Assembly: GCA_965263035.1 (NCBI GenBank)
Contig: OZ253580.1
Span: 3,872,001-3,936,000, forward strand
DNA from: Acidobacteriota bacterium
GTDB lineage: Bacteria; Acidobacteriota; UBA6911; RPQK01; JAJDTT01
DNA length: 64,000 nucleotides
Direction: 5' to 3'
A model generated the notes under the pieces. That model did not search any database and was not told where the DNA came from. It saw only the letters and a list, made by a program, of their open reading frames with translations. Both the position numbers and the translations under genes were made by a program. Shown here piece by piece: positions 51,461 through 62,026 of this stretch (its first letter is position 1; every line of letters starts with the position of its first letter).

Positions 51461-53242
51461 TGGAGTTGACCCGCTTTCGTGGACACATCCAAAGTAGGGG
51501 AGTAAGGAGGGATCCACGATGGCAAGAAAGCAGAGACGGTATCCGCCGGAGTTCCGGCGGGAGATCGTAGGGCTGGTGCGCTCGGGGCGATCGCCGGAGG
51601 CACTGGCGCGGGAGTTCGAGCCCTCGGCTTCGGCGATCCGGAAGTGGGTCAAGCAGGCCGATCTGGACGAGGGGCACCGGAGCGACGGGTTGACGAAGTT
51701 CGAGCGCCAGGAGTTGCGTCAGGCGAGGCGGGAGATCAAGCGCCTGCGGATGGAGCGGGACATCCTAAAAAAAGCCGCGGCTTGGTTCGCCCGGGAGAGC
51801 GACTCGATCCCAGGAAAGGATTCGAGTTCGTAAAGGCGCACCGGGCCCAGTTTCCGATTCGGGTGATGTGCCGCGTGTTGGGTCTCTCCCCCAGTGGGTA
51901 CTACGCCTGGTTGAAACGTCTGCCCTCGAACCGGGCTCGCCAGGACCAGGCGCTTCGGGAAAAGATCGTGCAGATCTGGAACGAGAACCGGAGAGTTTAC
52001 GGTCGGCCTCGTCTGCATGCCGAACTGAGAGCTCGAGGGGAACGGACGAGCCCGAAGCGTGTGGGCCGATTGATGCGGGAAGCGGGAATTCAGGGGGTGA
52101 GCCGGAGGCACCGGAAGGCCGGGCTCACCCGGAGGGACCGGAAGGCGCGTCCCGCACCGGACCTGGTGAACCGGAACTTCGCGGCTGAGGGACCGGATCA
52201 GCTCTGGGTGGCGGACCTGACGTATGTTCGCACGCAGGCGGGCTGGTTGTATGTGGCCGTGGTCCTGGACGCCTGGAGCCGAATGGTCGTGGGCTGGGCA
52301 ATGGAGACCCATCTGCGGTCCGAACTGGTCGAGAATGCGCTCGCCATGGCGGTGATACGGCGACAGCCGAAGCAGGTGATCCACCACTCGGACCAGGGGG
52401 CACAATACACCTCGACGGCCTTCGGGAAGAGATGCCGGGAGGCCGGGGTGCGGCCGTCGATGGGCTCGGTGGGGGACGCTTACGACAACGCGATGTGCGA
52501 GAGCTTCTTCGCGACGCTGGAATGCGAGTTGCTGGACCGTCACCAGTTCCGGAATCCGAATCAGGCGAGGCGGACCGTCTTCGACTTCATTGAGGGATTC
52601 TACAACCGGCGCCGCCGACACTCGGCGCTGGGCTACGAGTCGCCGGTCCGCTACGAGCAGCAGGCAGCGTAGGACCCACGGCGTCGTCGAAACTCGATCC
52701 GGACGACGAGATCCTCGATTCGTGCTCTCGCCGAGTGCAGTGATGACCTGCTGGGGTCGTCTTTCCTGCCTCCAATGCCGGTCCTGCGGGCCGGGAGGCT
52801 CAGAAGGACTGACGCCGCCTCACGAACCGGTTCGTTTTCGCGCTGCTCGACCACGAAGCCAGCACCATCACCGTCGCACCAAGCGTCGCGCGCGACACGA
52901 TTGAAGAGGGCAGGGGGGCGCTGCCCCCCTGAGACCCCCGGATGCAAAGAGATACACACCACTCTTAAATCCCTGGAAAGAAAGCGCCGAGGCCCCCTCG
53001 TTACGCGGTATCCCATTGTGGAAAATCAGAGATTTCCCACAACGTGAGCCCTTTTGCTGACGCCTCCATCAGTCCCCCCACAGAAGAAAGAACGCTCTGT
53101 CAATGGTCAAAACCCTGACATTTTCTATGGCCATTGACATTCAGCGGGAGGAAGTCTTGCTCCCCAACGACAGAAGGAGTATTACAACCTAGACCAACGT
53201 AAACCGCACTAATAAACCGTCCACGAAAACGGGACACCTTCA
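51461..53242 (+). mobile_element. IS3-family element, 1782 bp, 3-bp CTT target duplication
   Basis: IRs TGGAGTTGACCCGCTTTCGTGGAC / GTCCACGAAAACGGGACACCTTCA; CTT on both flanks. Confidence 0.92.
51519..52672 (+). CDS. IS3 transposase OrfA/OrfB with -1 frameshift at A7G (51767-51774)
   Basis: OrfA HTH plus leucine zipper; OrfB WVADLTY, HSDQGAQY and DNAMCESFF. Confidence 0.93.
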
Positions 53243-53814
53243 CTTCGGTCCTTCGCTCCACCGGCATTATCCGGCTTCTTCGCTACTATGACCTCTGCTG
53301 ACTTCTCAAAGGCTCTCACCCTTGAGATCTCCCCGAGTAAGGTGCTGCATCTTTCCCCCCGGGCCGCCCGGCTCTACCTGGTACGTCTGGATGGGGTTCG
53401 GGTTTCGCTGTTGCTCGCCAGCTCACCGCCCGCACCCGGCCTCGCTGCCGGTTCGTGTTCCTGCGGTCGTGGGTTTGCCTTCCGCTTCCTTCAGCTTCAC
53501 CTCGCGGCTACGCCTTGCGGTTCGGCTAGGGTTGGTCCCATCACCTCCCTTGGGATCTTTCATCCCTTAGATACAGCCCATGTCGGGCGCACGAGCGGCG
53601 ACTTTCTTGTCGCCGATTGGGACAGGCGACTTTCTTGTCGCCTGCTCTTCCGTGTTGCTGTGCGAATCGGTGGTGGGAAAGTGTAGAGGTGGGACTCCGT
53701 CCCCCCTACCCCCCCCTGTTCGGCGACAAGAAAGTCGCCGCTCCAGAATTGCTATACTCGCTGGCCGAATCGATTCAAGACTCTGAACGCCGCCCGTCGA
53801 CGGAGGGCGAACGC

Positions 53815-54573
53815 ATGTTGGATCTGAAAAACAGGACCGCCCTGATGGTGGGGACGAAGCGGGTGGGCGCCGTGGTGGCCCGGCGTCTCGCTCAAGCGGG
53901 CGTTCGACTGGCGCTCAGCTACCGGGGTTCCAAGAGTGCGGCCCAGCAGCTCCAGGCGGAGTTGGCGCCGATGACCCGGACCTGCCTGGTCCAGGCCGAC
54001 GTGAGCCGGCCGGAGGACGTGGTCCGGCTGCTGCGAACGGTCCGTGAGGAACTCGGGGACCTCTCCTTTCTCGTCAACCTGGCGTCGGGATTTCCACGGG
54101 CTCCCTTGGAGTCGCTGGACGCGGCTGCTTGGGAAGCGGCGGAGCCGGCGGCCCGGTCCAACTATCTCCTGGCGGTCCACGCCTCCCGCAGCATGCGCCG
54201 AAACCCGGGACCGACCCGGGGCCACATGATTTTCTTCAGCGACTGGGCCGCCGGAGGGACTCCCTATCGGAACTATCTTCCCTACCTCACCGCCAAGGCG
54301 TCTATCGACTTCATGACCCGCGCCTTCGCCGTCGAATTGGCGCCCCACGGCATTCTGGTCAACGCTATCGCCCCCGGACCCACCATGCGTCCTCCGGAAA
54401 TCAGCCTCGAAGATTGGGAGCGAAACGTGATCTCCCGGACTCCCCTCCGCCGCGAATCCGCTGCCGGCGAGATCGCCGAGATGATCGTGACCCTCCTCAA
54501 GAGCGAGACCATCACGGGCGAGACCATCCGCATCGACGCCGGCCGCCACCTGGCGGGTCCGGGCGTGGCTTGA
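53815..54573 (+). CDS. SDR oxidoreductase, pteridine reductase/FolM-like
   Basis: GTKRVG, NLAS, YLTAK and NAIAPG motifs. Confidence 0.8.
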   Translation: MLDLKNRTALMVGTKRVGAVVARRLAQAGVRLALSYRGSKSAAQQLQAELAPMTRTCLVQADVSRPEDVVRLLRTVREELGDLSFLVNLASGFPRAPLESLDAAAWEAAEPAARSNYLLAVHASRSMRRNPGPTRGHMIFFSDWAAGGTPYRNYLPYLTAKASIDFMTRAFAVELAPHGILVNAIAPGPTMRPPEISLEDWERNVISRTPLRRESAAGEIAEMIVTLLKSETITGETIRIDAGRHLAGPGVA

Positions 54574-54644
54574 GCGCTCTCAACCGCGGTCGGGACGGAG
54601 CCGAAACTTGCAAGTTCCATGCCGGAAATGCAGTCTAGATATTG

Positions 54645-55652
54645 ATGTTACGGCCCATCGCACAGGCGTTTTCGCTGCTGATTCTTCTGTCGGGAGCCGT
54701 CTCGGCGGAGACCTCGCTGATCTGGTCCAGGGGGCCGGACCTGGCGCTTCCGAGAGGCGGTTACAGCGCCGCCGTCTACCAGGGGGGAATTCTCGTCGTT
54801 GGGGGGGTGTACTGGCGGGACGGCGTGAAACTGTGGACGGATCGGGTCGACTTCTACGACCCCAAGACCAAAAACTGGTCGCAGCGGCCGTCTCTCCCTG
54901 AGCCTCTGGGCTATGGGGGAATGGTCCGGATCGAAGACGAGCTCTACCTGTTGGGCGGAGGCAACGGTCCTCATCCTCAGCGCAAGGTCTTCAAACTGAC
55001 CGAAGAAGGCTGGTTGGGGGTCGCCGAAACTCCGGTGCCGCGCTTCTATGCTTCGGTGGTGTCGGTGGGTTCCACGATCTACCTGGTGGCGGGAGGCAGC
55101 AGCATGAGCGATCTGGACCGCTGTACCGACGAGATCTGGGCCCTGGACCTGACGACCGGCAACTGGCAGACGATGGCGCCCATTCCGGGACCGCCCCGAG
55201 TGATTCAGGCGGCCGCCGTCCTGGGCAACTCGATGTACGTCTTCGGTGGCTCCACCAAGAAACCGGGGCAGCCGATAGAGAATCTGGACGACGCCTACCG
55301 GCTCGACACCGAGACGGGGCAATGGACCCGGCTGGATCCGACTCCGGTGGCGGCCCGAGCCTGGTGGGCCGAACCGGTGGGCGAATTGATCTACCTCTCC
55401 GGCGGCTATGGCCATGCGTTCCAGGGAACCGTGTACGAATACGATCCTTCCGGAGACACCTACACCCTGCTTTCCAGCTTCGAGCCGGGCCTGGCGGATG
55501 CCGAGTTTCTGCACCTGGACGGAGCTCTCTACGGAATCTCCGGTGAAGACAAGGGCCGGTCCCGCTTCCCCGGGATGCTCATTGGCCGCTTTCCGAAAGA
55601 GCCGTCCGAGGAGGAGTCCGAGGAGGAGTCCGAGGAGGCATCCGACGAGTAG
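54645..55652 (+). CDS. Secreted Kelch-repeat protein
   Basis: Signal peptide; repeated Y..GG / YDP...W blades; acidic tail. Confidence 0.85.
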   Translation: MLRPIAQAFSLLILLSGAVSAETSLIWSRGPDLALPRGGYSAAVYQGGILVVGGVYWRDGVKLWTDRVDFYDPKTKNWSQRPSLPEPLGYGGMVRIEDELYLLGGGNGPHPQRKVFKLTEEGWLGVAETPVPRFYASVVSVGSTIYLVAGGSSMSDLDRCTDEIWALDLTTGNWQTMAPIPGPPRVIQAAAVLGNSMYVFGGSTKKPGQPIENLDDAYRLDTETGQWTRLDPTPVAARAWWAEPVGELIYLSGGYGHAFQGTVYEYDPSGDTYTLLSSFEPGLADAEFLHLDGALYGISGEDKGRSRFPGMLIGRFPKEPSEEESEEESEEASDE

Positions 55653-55703
55653 TCGAAGTACCACCTTTCCCGTGTCGAGCGCCCCATCCATTCCCGGTAG
55701 CCG

Positions 55704-58133
55704 ATGCGTCTGAAAAACGACGGAAAGAATGGAACCCGGCAGCAGGATTTCATTCAGTCGTTCCGCCTCCGGTACGCCGGTTTCTGTCTCGTGGTTCTGG
55801 CGTGGGCGGCCTGCTACTCGCCGTTGTTAAGTGGCCTGTGGGTGGTCCCCTATGATGCCCTGGCTCAGAATTTTCCCGCCGCGGCATTCTCCGCGACCGC
55901 GATTCAGCAAGGCGATTCGCCCTTCTGGAACCCATACCTGTTCAGCGGTCATCCCGCCCTGTCCGACCCCCAAATGTTCCTGTTCTCTCCCTTGCTGATG
56001 CCCTTGATGGTTCTGGGGAACCCTCATGACATCCACTGGTTCACCTTGGTCGTAGCGCTCCACGTACTTTTGGGCGGGCTTGGCTTCTACGTCTTGCTCC
56101 GGCGTGCGGACGTGGCGCTTTTCCCGGCGGTGCTGGGTGCCGTTGTCTTCATGTTTGGCGGGTACGCTCTGACGCGGTTGCAGCATACGACCATGATCTT
56201 GAGCTACGGATATTTTCCGTGGGCGCTGGTGCTATTGCGGCAGTTGTTGAGCTCTCCCCGTGTCGGAGTTGCGGTGGGTTGTGGCGTAGTCGCCGGGGGC
56301 ATGGCGATACACGGCAATCAGGTGGCGTACTTGCTTTCATTGGTTCTGGTCGGCGTCGCAGTGGCAGCGTTCTTCAAGGCGCCGGACAAGGTCGTATTTC
56401 TGCGCCGGAAGCTGCCCTGGCTGGCCGCCGGCGGGATCGTCGGATTCCTGGTACTGCTGCCTCAGCTCTACGGCATCTTTCTGTTCCTGGACGAGAGCAA
56501 CCGTCCCCATTTCGAGTACGCGTTCGCCGCCCGGCAATCCATGTGGCCTCATATTCCGGCAACGCTGCTGGTGCCCGACCTGTTCGGCGCTCTCGGCGAC
56601 AACTATGTCGGGCCCGATGACCGGACGGAGTCGTTGTTGTACGTCGGTGGCCTCGGTGTCTGGGTGCTGGCGTTCTGGGGCCTGTGGCACGGATATCTTT
56701 GGCGGCGCCGCAACCTGTTCTTCCTCGGAATCCTGTTTTTTTCGCTGCTGTACATGCTTGGCGACCTGACGCCGGCCTATCGTCTTTTCTACGAAGTCAT
56801 CCCCGGCGTCGCTCTCTTTCAGCGCCCACTGGACGGCGGTTTTCTGCTCAATATCGGCTTGGCGGGCCTGGTCGCCCTGGTGTTGGACGAAGTCTTGGGA
56901 AGAGATCCGGGGAAGCTTCCGACCCGCCGGATGCGAGTCGCAGGAAGAGTCTGCCTGGTGCTCCTGGGCACGGTATTCTCATTTGCCGTATGGAAGGGCG
57001 TGACTCTGCACCAGGATTGGCGGCCGGCGATCCAGGCCTTCGGTCCCGCCTCGGCTTGGATCTTCGCATCCGCGTTGGCTCTGTTTCTGCTACTGCGTTA
57101 CGAACGTCTGCGATGGCCGTTGTCCCTGGTCCTCACGGCCCTTCTGGTGGCCAACCTGGGATGGGTGAACCTGAACCGCAGGATCAATCTGGTCCGGACC
57201 AGCGACGTCAGCCATCCCGGTGGGTTGCCGAAGTTCCATCGGCAAATCCTGGAGTTCATTCGCGAAAACACGGCGGCCGGCGAGACTGGCGCTCCACCTC
57301 GCCGTGTCGATCTGATCTACGCTGGGGCACAACTTTCGAATTTGCCCAATCTCTATCCGTTTCACTCCATTTCGGGTGCCAATCCGCTTGTATCCGGCCG
57401 CTATCAGATGTTTGCCGGGAAACGAAACGTCTACTCCGGACCGCCCCTGTTCTCACCCATGATGCCCGGCTACTCATCGGGAGCATTGGATTGCCTGGAT
57501 GTGAAATTCGTGATCACGGCTCTGGACCTGGAGCAGTACGATTCCACTTACGATGCCGACGAATTGCCGTTGGTCACCCGCTTCGCGAACATCTCGGTCT
57601 ACGAAAACCCGGACGTGCTGCCGCGGGTGCGCCTTTTGAACCGGTTCCAGGTTGCCGGCAACAGGGAGCAAGCGGCGGAACTGCTGGCCAGTCCTTCTTT
57701 TTCTCATCACGGCAATGCCGTAGTCGAATTGCGGGAAGGGTGGACGCCCGAATTGGAAGAAGTATTCCGGGTGGGTGGAGCCGACCGTTTCGCCGCCGGC
57801 TCGAGTTTCGAGATTTCAACCGAACCGAGCGGCCGTGACCGAGTCCGGATCGTCCGTTACGAAAACGACCGGGTGGATGTAGTTGCCGAAAGCGACCATC
57901 CGCGCCTGCTCGTCCTGGCAGACGTGCTCACCGAAGGATGGAAGGCCTATCTGGGCGAAAAGGAACTGCCCATCCACTACGCCAACTATGCGTTTCGAGG
58001 AGTGTTTCTGCCTCCTGGACACAACCAGGTCAGCTTTCGCTTCCGGCCTTTCGACGCCGATGTCGCCCGCAACGTCCTGCGGAGGGTCTTCTCGGTCCGC
58101 GATGAAAATCCGGTGCCGATTCGATATCGGTAA
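55704..58133 (+). CDS. YfhO-family multi-pass membrane protein (GT-C-like)
   Basis: PFWNPYLFSGHP, many TM helices, C-terminal GWKAY...ANYAFRGV.LPPGH. Confidence 0.85.
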   Translation: MRLKNDGKNGTRQQDFIQSFRLRYAGFCLVVLAWAACYSPLLSGLWVVPYDALAQNFPAAAFSATAIQQGDSPFWNPYLFSGHPALSDPQMFLFSPLLMPLMVLGNPHDIHWFTLVVALHVLLGGLGFYVLLRRADVALFPAVLGAVVFMFGGYALTRLQHTTMILSYGYFPWALVLLRQLLSSPRVGVAVGCGVVAGGMAIHGNQVAYLLSLVLVGVAVAAFFKAPDKVVFLRRKLPWLAAGGIVGFLVLLPQLYGIFLFLDESNRPHFEYAFAARQSMWPHIPATLLVPDLFGALGDNYVGPDDRTESLLYVGGLGVWVLAFWGLWHGYLWRRRNLFFLGILFFSLLYMLGDLTPAYRLFYEVIPGVALFQRPLDGGFLLNIGLAGLVALVLDEVLGRDPGKLPTRRMRVAGRVCLVLLGTVFSFAVWKGVTLHQDWRPAIQAFGPASAWIFASALALFLLLRYERLRWPLSLVLTALLVANLGWVNLNRRINLVRTSDVSHPGGLPKFHRQILEFIRENTAAGETGAPPRRVDLIYAGAQLSNLPNLYPFHSISGANPLVSGRYQMFAGKRNVYSGPPLFSPMMPGYSSGALDCLDVKFVITALDLEQYDSTYDADELPLVTRFANISVYENPDVLPRVRLLNRFQVAGNREQAAELLASPSFSHHGNAVVELREGWTPELEEVFRVGGADRFAAGSSFEISTEPSGRDRVRIVRYENDRVDVVAESDHPRLLVLADVLTEGWKAYLGEKELPIHYANYAFRGVFLPPGHNQVSFRFRPFDADVARNVLRRVFSVRDENPVPIRYR

Positions 58134-58243
58134 CGCTGCTTCCGATGGCCGGGCTTATCGATCCAATTGGCAGCGCGCCGCTACGGTATGATCGGCAGCA
58201 ATCGATCCTTGTTCGCACACGCCGAGGACAGGAGAGACTTCCC

Positions 58244-59386
58244 ATGACAGGCTCGATCCGCACTGTCGTTGTTCTGGTCCTGTTGAGCGCCCCCGGTCTC
58301 GCCGGTCAGGGGAGCGAGATTCCCGGCTATCCACAGTCGGCGGACGTGGCGAACCCGGGCCGTTCCGGCGCGGGTGCGGTGTCTACATCCGATGGGGTCC
58401 AGTGCAAGGGCCAGCCTGAAGGCACGTCCTGCTGGATGGAGTTGGCCAACCAGCCGGGATGTTACGTCTGGAACAGCTACTTCCAGCCGGACGAGACCGT
58501 GACCTGGACCGCGGCGTGCGCCGAGGGTTTGGCTCAGGGCACAGGCATGCTCACGGAGGCTTGGGACGGAGGCAAGAAAGCAAAGGAAAAAACTGGGCGC
58601 CTTGTGAAAGGAAAGGCACAGGGGCGGTGGGCCTACCGCGACCAGGACGGGACCGTCGCGGAAGGCTCGTATGAGGCGGGGAAGCGTCACGGCCGTTGGA
58701 TCGAGAGCTTGGCGGACGGGACCGTCCAGGAAGGCTCGTATGAGGCGGGGAAACGCCAGGGCCGGTGGGTGTTGCACTTCGCTTCCGGGACCGTCATGGA
58801 GGGCCCGTTTGTGGGCGGGAACCAGCAGGGCCAGTGGGTCTTGCGTTTCGCTTCCGGGAATGTCTCGGAAGGCCCGTATGAGGCGGGGAAGCGTCACGGG
58901 CATTGGGTCGAACGCTTCGTTTCCGGGACCGTCCAGGAAGGCCCATATGAGGCAGGGGAACGCCGGGGCCGGTGGGTGTTGCGCTTCACTTCCGGGACCG
59001 TGGAGGAAGGCCCGTTTGCGGCGGGGAAGCGTCACGGTCATTGGGTCGAGCGCTACGCGGGCGGGGGTGTGCAGGAAGGCCCGTATGAGGCGGGGAAGCG
59101 TCACGGACGGTGGATCGAGCGCGACGGGGACGGGAATGTCTCGGAAGGCCCGTATGAGGTGGGGAAGGAGCAGGGCGGGTGGGTGTTGCGTCTGGCGGAC
59201 GGAACCGTGATGGAAGGCCCGTTTGTGGCGGGGAAGCGTCACGGACGGTGGATCGAGCGCGACAAGAACGGGTACGTCTCGGAAGGCGTGTATGTTGATT
59301 CACTGCGCCACGGATGGTGGTTTGTTCGCAATAAAGGGGTCGTGGTTGAGGAAGCGTACTTTGTGAAGGGGGAAGGCCAAAATTAG
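58244..59386 (+). CDS. Secreted MORN-like repeat protein, copy 1 (10 EG-initiated 23-aa repeats)
   Basis: Signal peptide, Cys-rich cap, EG(P/S)(Y/F)xxGxxxGxW repeats. Confidence 0.85.
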   Translation: MTGSIRTVVVLVLLSAPGLAGQGSEIPGYPQSADVANPGRSGAGAVSTSDGVQCKGQPEGTSCWMELANQPGCYVWNSYFQPDETVTWTAACAEGLAQGTGMLTEAWDGGKKAKEKTGRLVKGKAQGRWAYRDQDGTVAEGSYEAGKRHGRWIESLADGTVQEGSYEAGKRQGRWVLHFASGTVMEGPFVGGNQQGQWVLRFASGNVSEGPYEAGKRHGHWVERFVSGTVQEGPYEAGERRGRWVLRFTSGTVEEGPFAAGKRHGHWVERYAGGGVQEGPYEAGKRHGRWIERDGDGNVSEGPYEVGKEQGGWVLRLADGTVMEGPFVAGKRHGRWIERDKNGYVSEGVYVDSLRHGWWFVRNKGVVVEEAYFVKGEGQN

Positions 59387-59584
59387 GCTGTCCTCCCCAA
59401 TGAGAGCGCGAAATCAGCAGCGTCAACCTGGAAACACCCGGCGAAAGGAAGCTCCATCCGGCAGTATCCTACAGGGAGACGTTATCGGACCTTCGCCTAA
59501 AACGAATTCCATAGTCGGATTAACCCGCGGGGTATCCTCGCACCCTGGCGTTTCCCCCTGATTCCCCCACTGGCGGATGCTTCG

Positions 59585-59742
59585 TCAGTCGTCCTGTGCC
59601 TCTTGCCGGCGCCTTCGGACCTGCGCCACGATCACGCCGCTGAGCCCCAATACGCCGCCGATCAGTACGAAAGCTGGGGTGTCCGCGCCTTGCTCGCCGA
59701 GCGCAGCATTGAACGCGCCGCCGGCGAGCATGCCGATCAGCA
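59585..59742 (-). pseudogene. 5'-deleted copy of the small two-TM protein
   Basis: Matches the 3' part of 62027-62242; ~120 bp missing, including the start. Confidence 0.55.
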
Positions 59743-59814
59743 GCGTTGTCGAACGACAGGGGCCACCGCGTCCAATAGGTCCGCCGAGACAAGCTAGCAC
59801 CTGCCGGCCCGAAT

Positions 59815-60680
59815 TTACCGTCGTTTCACGTCGATGGTTCGGCCGTAGATCCGGCGCGAGGGGGAGGTATAGTACTCGTCCCGCTGGTCGTAGACCACGA
59901 AAAGCTTGCCGGGGCTGATCTCGGGAACCGTGGTGTAGGCCCCGGTGATGTCCATGGCGAGCCGGGTCACCTGGGTCCAGGAGTGCCCCTGGTCCAGGCT
60001 GAAGGCCACGAAGATCCCATCGTCCTTGAAGTCGGGCTTGTGTCCGAAACTGGCCACCAGGGTGCCGTCGTGCATCTCGGTCAGGTCCGGGTCGACGCCC
60101 ACGATGTCCCGCCACTTGCCCCAGCGGCTGTATTGCCAGCGGAGGGGCTGGGCCTGGCTCCAGGTGGCTCCTTCGTCGTCGGAATGGGCCTGGTAGATGG
60201 GGTTTTCCCTTCCGGTGCGCATCAGGCAGATGAGCCGCCCCTCGTGTCGGCCCTGGCTGAGGCGGACGATCACCGGCTCGTTGAATCCCTCCTGCCCCAT
60301 GGGTCCCGTGGCGATGGTGGAGACGTAGGACCAGTTCTTGCCCACGTCTTTGGAACGGAGCAGCAGAGCCCGGAACTGTTTCATGCTGGGCTTGTACTGG
60401 CTGGGGGTGTCGTCCTCCTTGAAGACGCCGTAGATGCCGGCCAGGAGGTCGCCGTTGGGCATCTCCAGAATGGTCCGGTGCCAGAGGATCCCGGTGGGGA
60501 CGGTGTCACCCCGGTCGTCGCCCAGATTCGGCTTGGCCCTGGGGACGTGGGCGATGAAGGGGGAGGGGGTCACCATCTGCCACTGGTCGTCCGAATGCCA
60601 GGCCAGGCCCTGGAAGCGGCCGTCGCCGATGTACCGGCTGTAGTAGTCGAAGATCAGGACTCTGCCCGAGCGCAACTGGA
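59815..60680 (-). pseudogene. 5'-truncated copy of the BNR/sialidase-like gene
   Basis: Cut at the duplication junction; lacks the signal peptide and first blades. Confidence 0.8.
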
Positions 60681-60775
60681 AGGTTTATCGATCCAACTCG
60701 TAGAGCGGCCCTACGATATGATAAAAAACGATTGATTTTTGCCCGCACACGCGGAGGAATCAGGAGAGACTTCCC

Positions 60776-61828
60776 ATGACAGTTCCGATACGTACGATCA
60801 TTGTCTCGCTCGTGTTGAGCGTCCCCGGTCTCGTCGGCCAGCTTCCCGCGGAGACCCCGGTGGGTCCGGGCCGTTCCGGCGAGGGTGCTGGATCCACGCC
60901 CGAGGGGGTCCACTGCAAAGGACAGCCCGAAGGCACGTCCTGCTGGATGGAGTTGATCAACCAGCCGGGATGTTACGTCTGGATCAGCCGCTTCCAGGCG
61001 GACGAGACCGTGACCTGGACCGAAGCGTGCGCCGAGGGGTTGGCTCAGGGCACAGGCACGCTGACGGAGGTCTGGGACGGGGGCAAAAAAAGAAAGGAAC
61101 AAACCGGGAGCATTGTGGCAGGAAAGGCACTGGGGCGATGGGTCTACCGTGACCATGATGGGGCCGTCTCGGAAGGCTCGTATAAGGAGGGGATGCGTCA
61201 CGGCCAATGGGTCGAGCGCTTGGCGGACGGGGGCGTGCAGGAAGGGCCGTATGAGGCGGGGAAACGGCAGGGCAAGTGGGTCCTGCGCTTCGCTTCCGGG
61301 ACCGTCATGGAGGGCTCGTTTGAGAAGGGGTACCAGCAGGGCTCGTGGGTGTTGCGTTTCGCTTCCGGGACCGTGATGGAAGGCCCGTTTGCGGCGGGGA
61401 AACGTCACGGCCAATGGGTTGAGCGCTTAGCTTCCGGGACCGTCCAGGAAGGGCCGTATGAGGCAGGACAACGCCAGGGACGGTGGGTGTTGCGTTTCGC
61501 TTCCGGGACCGTGATGGAAGGCCCGTTTGTGGCGGGGCAGCGTCAGGGTCATTGGGTCGAGCGCCACGCGGATGGGGACGTCTTGGAAGGCTCGTATGAG
61601 GCGGGGAAGGAGCAGGGCCATTGGGTGTTGCGTATGGCGGACGGGGGCGTGCATGAAGGCCCGTATGAGGCGGGGAAGCGCCAGGGTAATTGGGTCGAGC
61701 GCGACAAGGACGGGTACGTCTCGGAAGGCGTGTATGTTGATTCACTGCGTCACGGATGGTGGTTTGTTCGCAATAAAGGGATCGTGGTTGAGGAAGCGTA
61801 CTTTGTGAAGGGGGAAGGCCAAAATTAG
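60776..61828 (+). CDS. Secreted MORN-like repeat protein, copy 2 (9 EG-initiated repeats)
   Basis: Paralogue of 58244-59386 with one repeat fewer. Confidence 0.85.
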   Translation: MTVPIRTIIVSLVLSVPGLVGQLPAETPVGPGRSGEGAGSTPEGVHCKGQPEGTSCWMELINQPGCYVWISRFQADETVTWTEACAEGLAQGTGTLTEVWDGGKKRKEQTGSIVAGKALGRWVYRDHDGAVSEGSYKEGMRHGQWVERLADGGVQEGPYEAGKRQGKWVLRFASGTVMEGSFEKGYQQGSWVLRFASGTVMEGPFAAGKRHGQWVERLASGTVQEGPYEAGQRQGRWVLRFASGTVMEGPFVAGQRQGHWVERHADGDVLEGSYEAGKEQGHWVLRMADGGVHEGPYEAGKRQGNWVERDKDGYVSEGVYVDSLRHGWWFVRNKGIVVEEAYFVKGEGQN

Positions 61829-62026
61829 GCTGTCCTCCCCAATGGGAGCGCGAAATCAGCAGCGCCAACCTGGAAACACCCGGCGAAAGGAAGCTCCATC
61901 CGGCAGTATCCTACAGGGAGGCGTTATCGGGCCTTCGCCTAAAACGAATTCCATAGTCCGATTAACTCGCGGGGTATCCTCGCACCCTGGCGTTTCCCCC
62001 TGATTCCCCCACTGGCGGATGCTTCG

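Larger units (their letters stand above)
51178..53592 (-). ncRNA. Group IIC intron, ORF-less (~630 nt of intron), interrupted by IS3
   Basis: 5' GTGCGCCCG; AGAAGTCAGCAGAGGTCATAGTAG...GCGAAGGAC (DII/DIII); DIV stem GGAGTC/GACTCC; DV AACCGCCGGATAC...GTACGTCCGGTGGTG with CGC triad; DVI ending CCCGAT. Confidence 0.9.
51149..53744. repeat. Cluster of four REP-like hairpins GGCGAC-TTTCTT-GTCGCC, split by the intron
   Basis: Copies at 51153-51172, 53596-53615, 53623-53644, and inverted at 53721-53740; most have a GGAG head. Confidence 0.85.

Noticed and set aside
51149-53744. CRISPR array or integron attC sites
   Set aside because: Hairpins are separated by only ~7-10 nt or are inverted, with no unique spacers, cas genes, intI or RYYYAAC/GTTRRRY boxes.
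55606-55650. 12-bp repeat (TCCGAGGAGGAG) at the end of the Kelch gene
   Set aside because: In-frame low-complexity acidic tail; no sign of further function.
58660-59290. 69-bp periodic repeats as CRISPR or a non-coding array
   Set aside because: Fully explained as in-frame 23-aa protein repeats.
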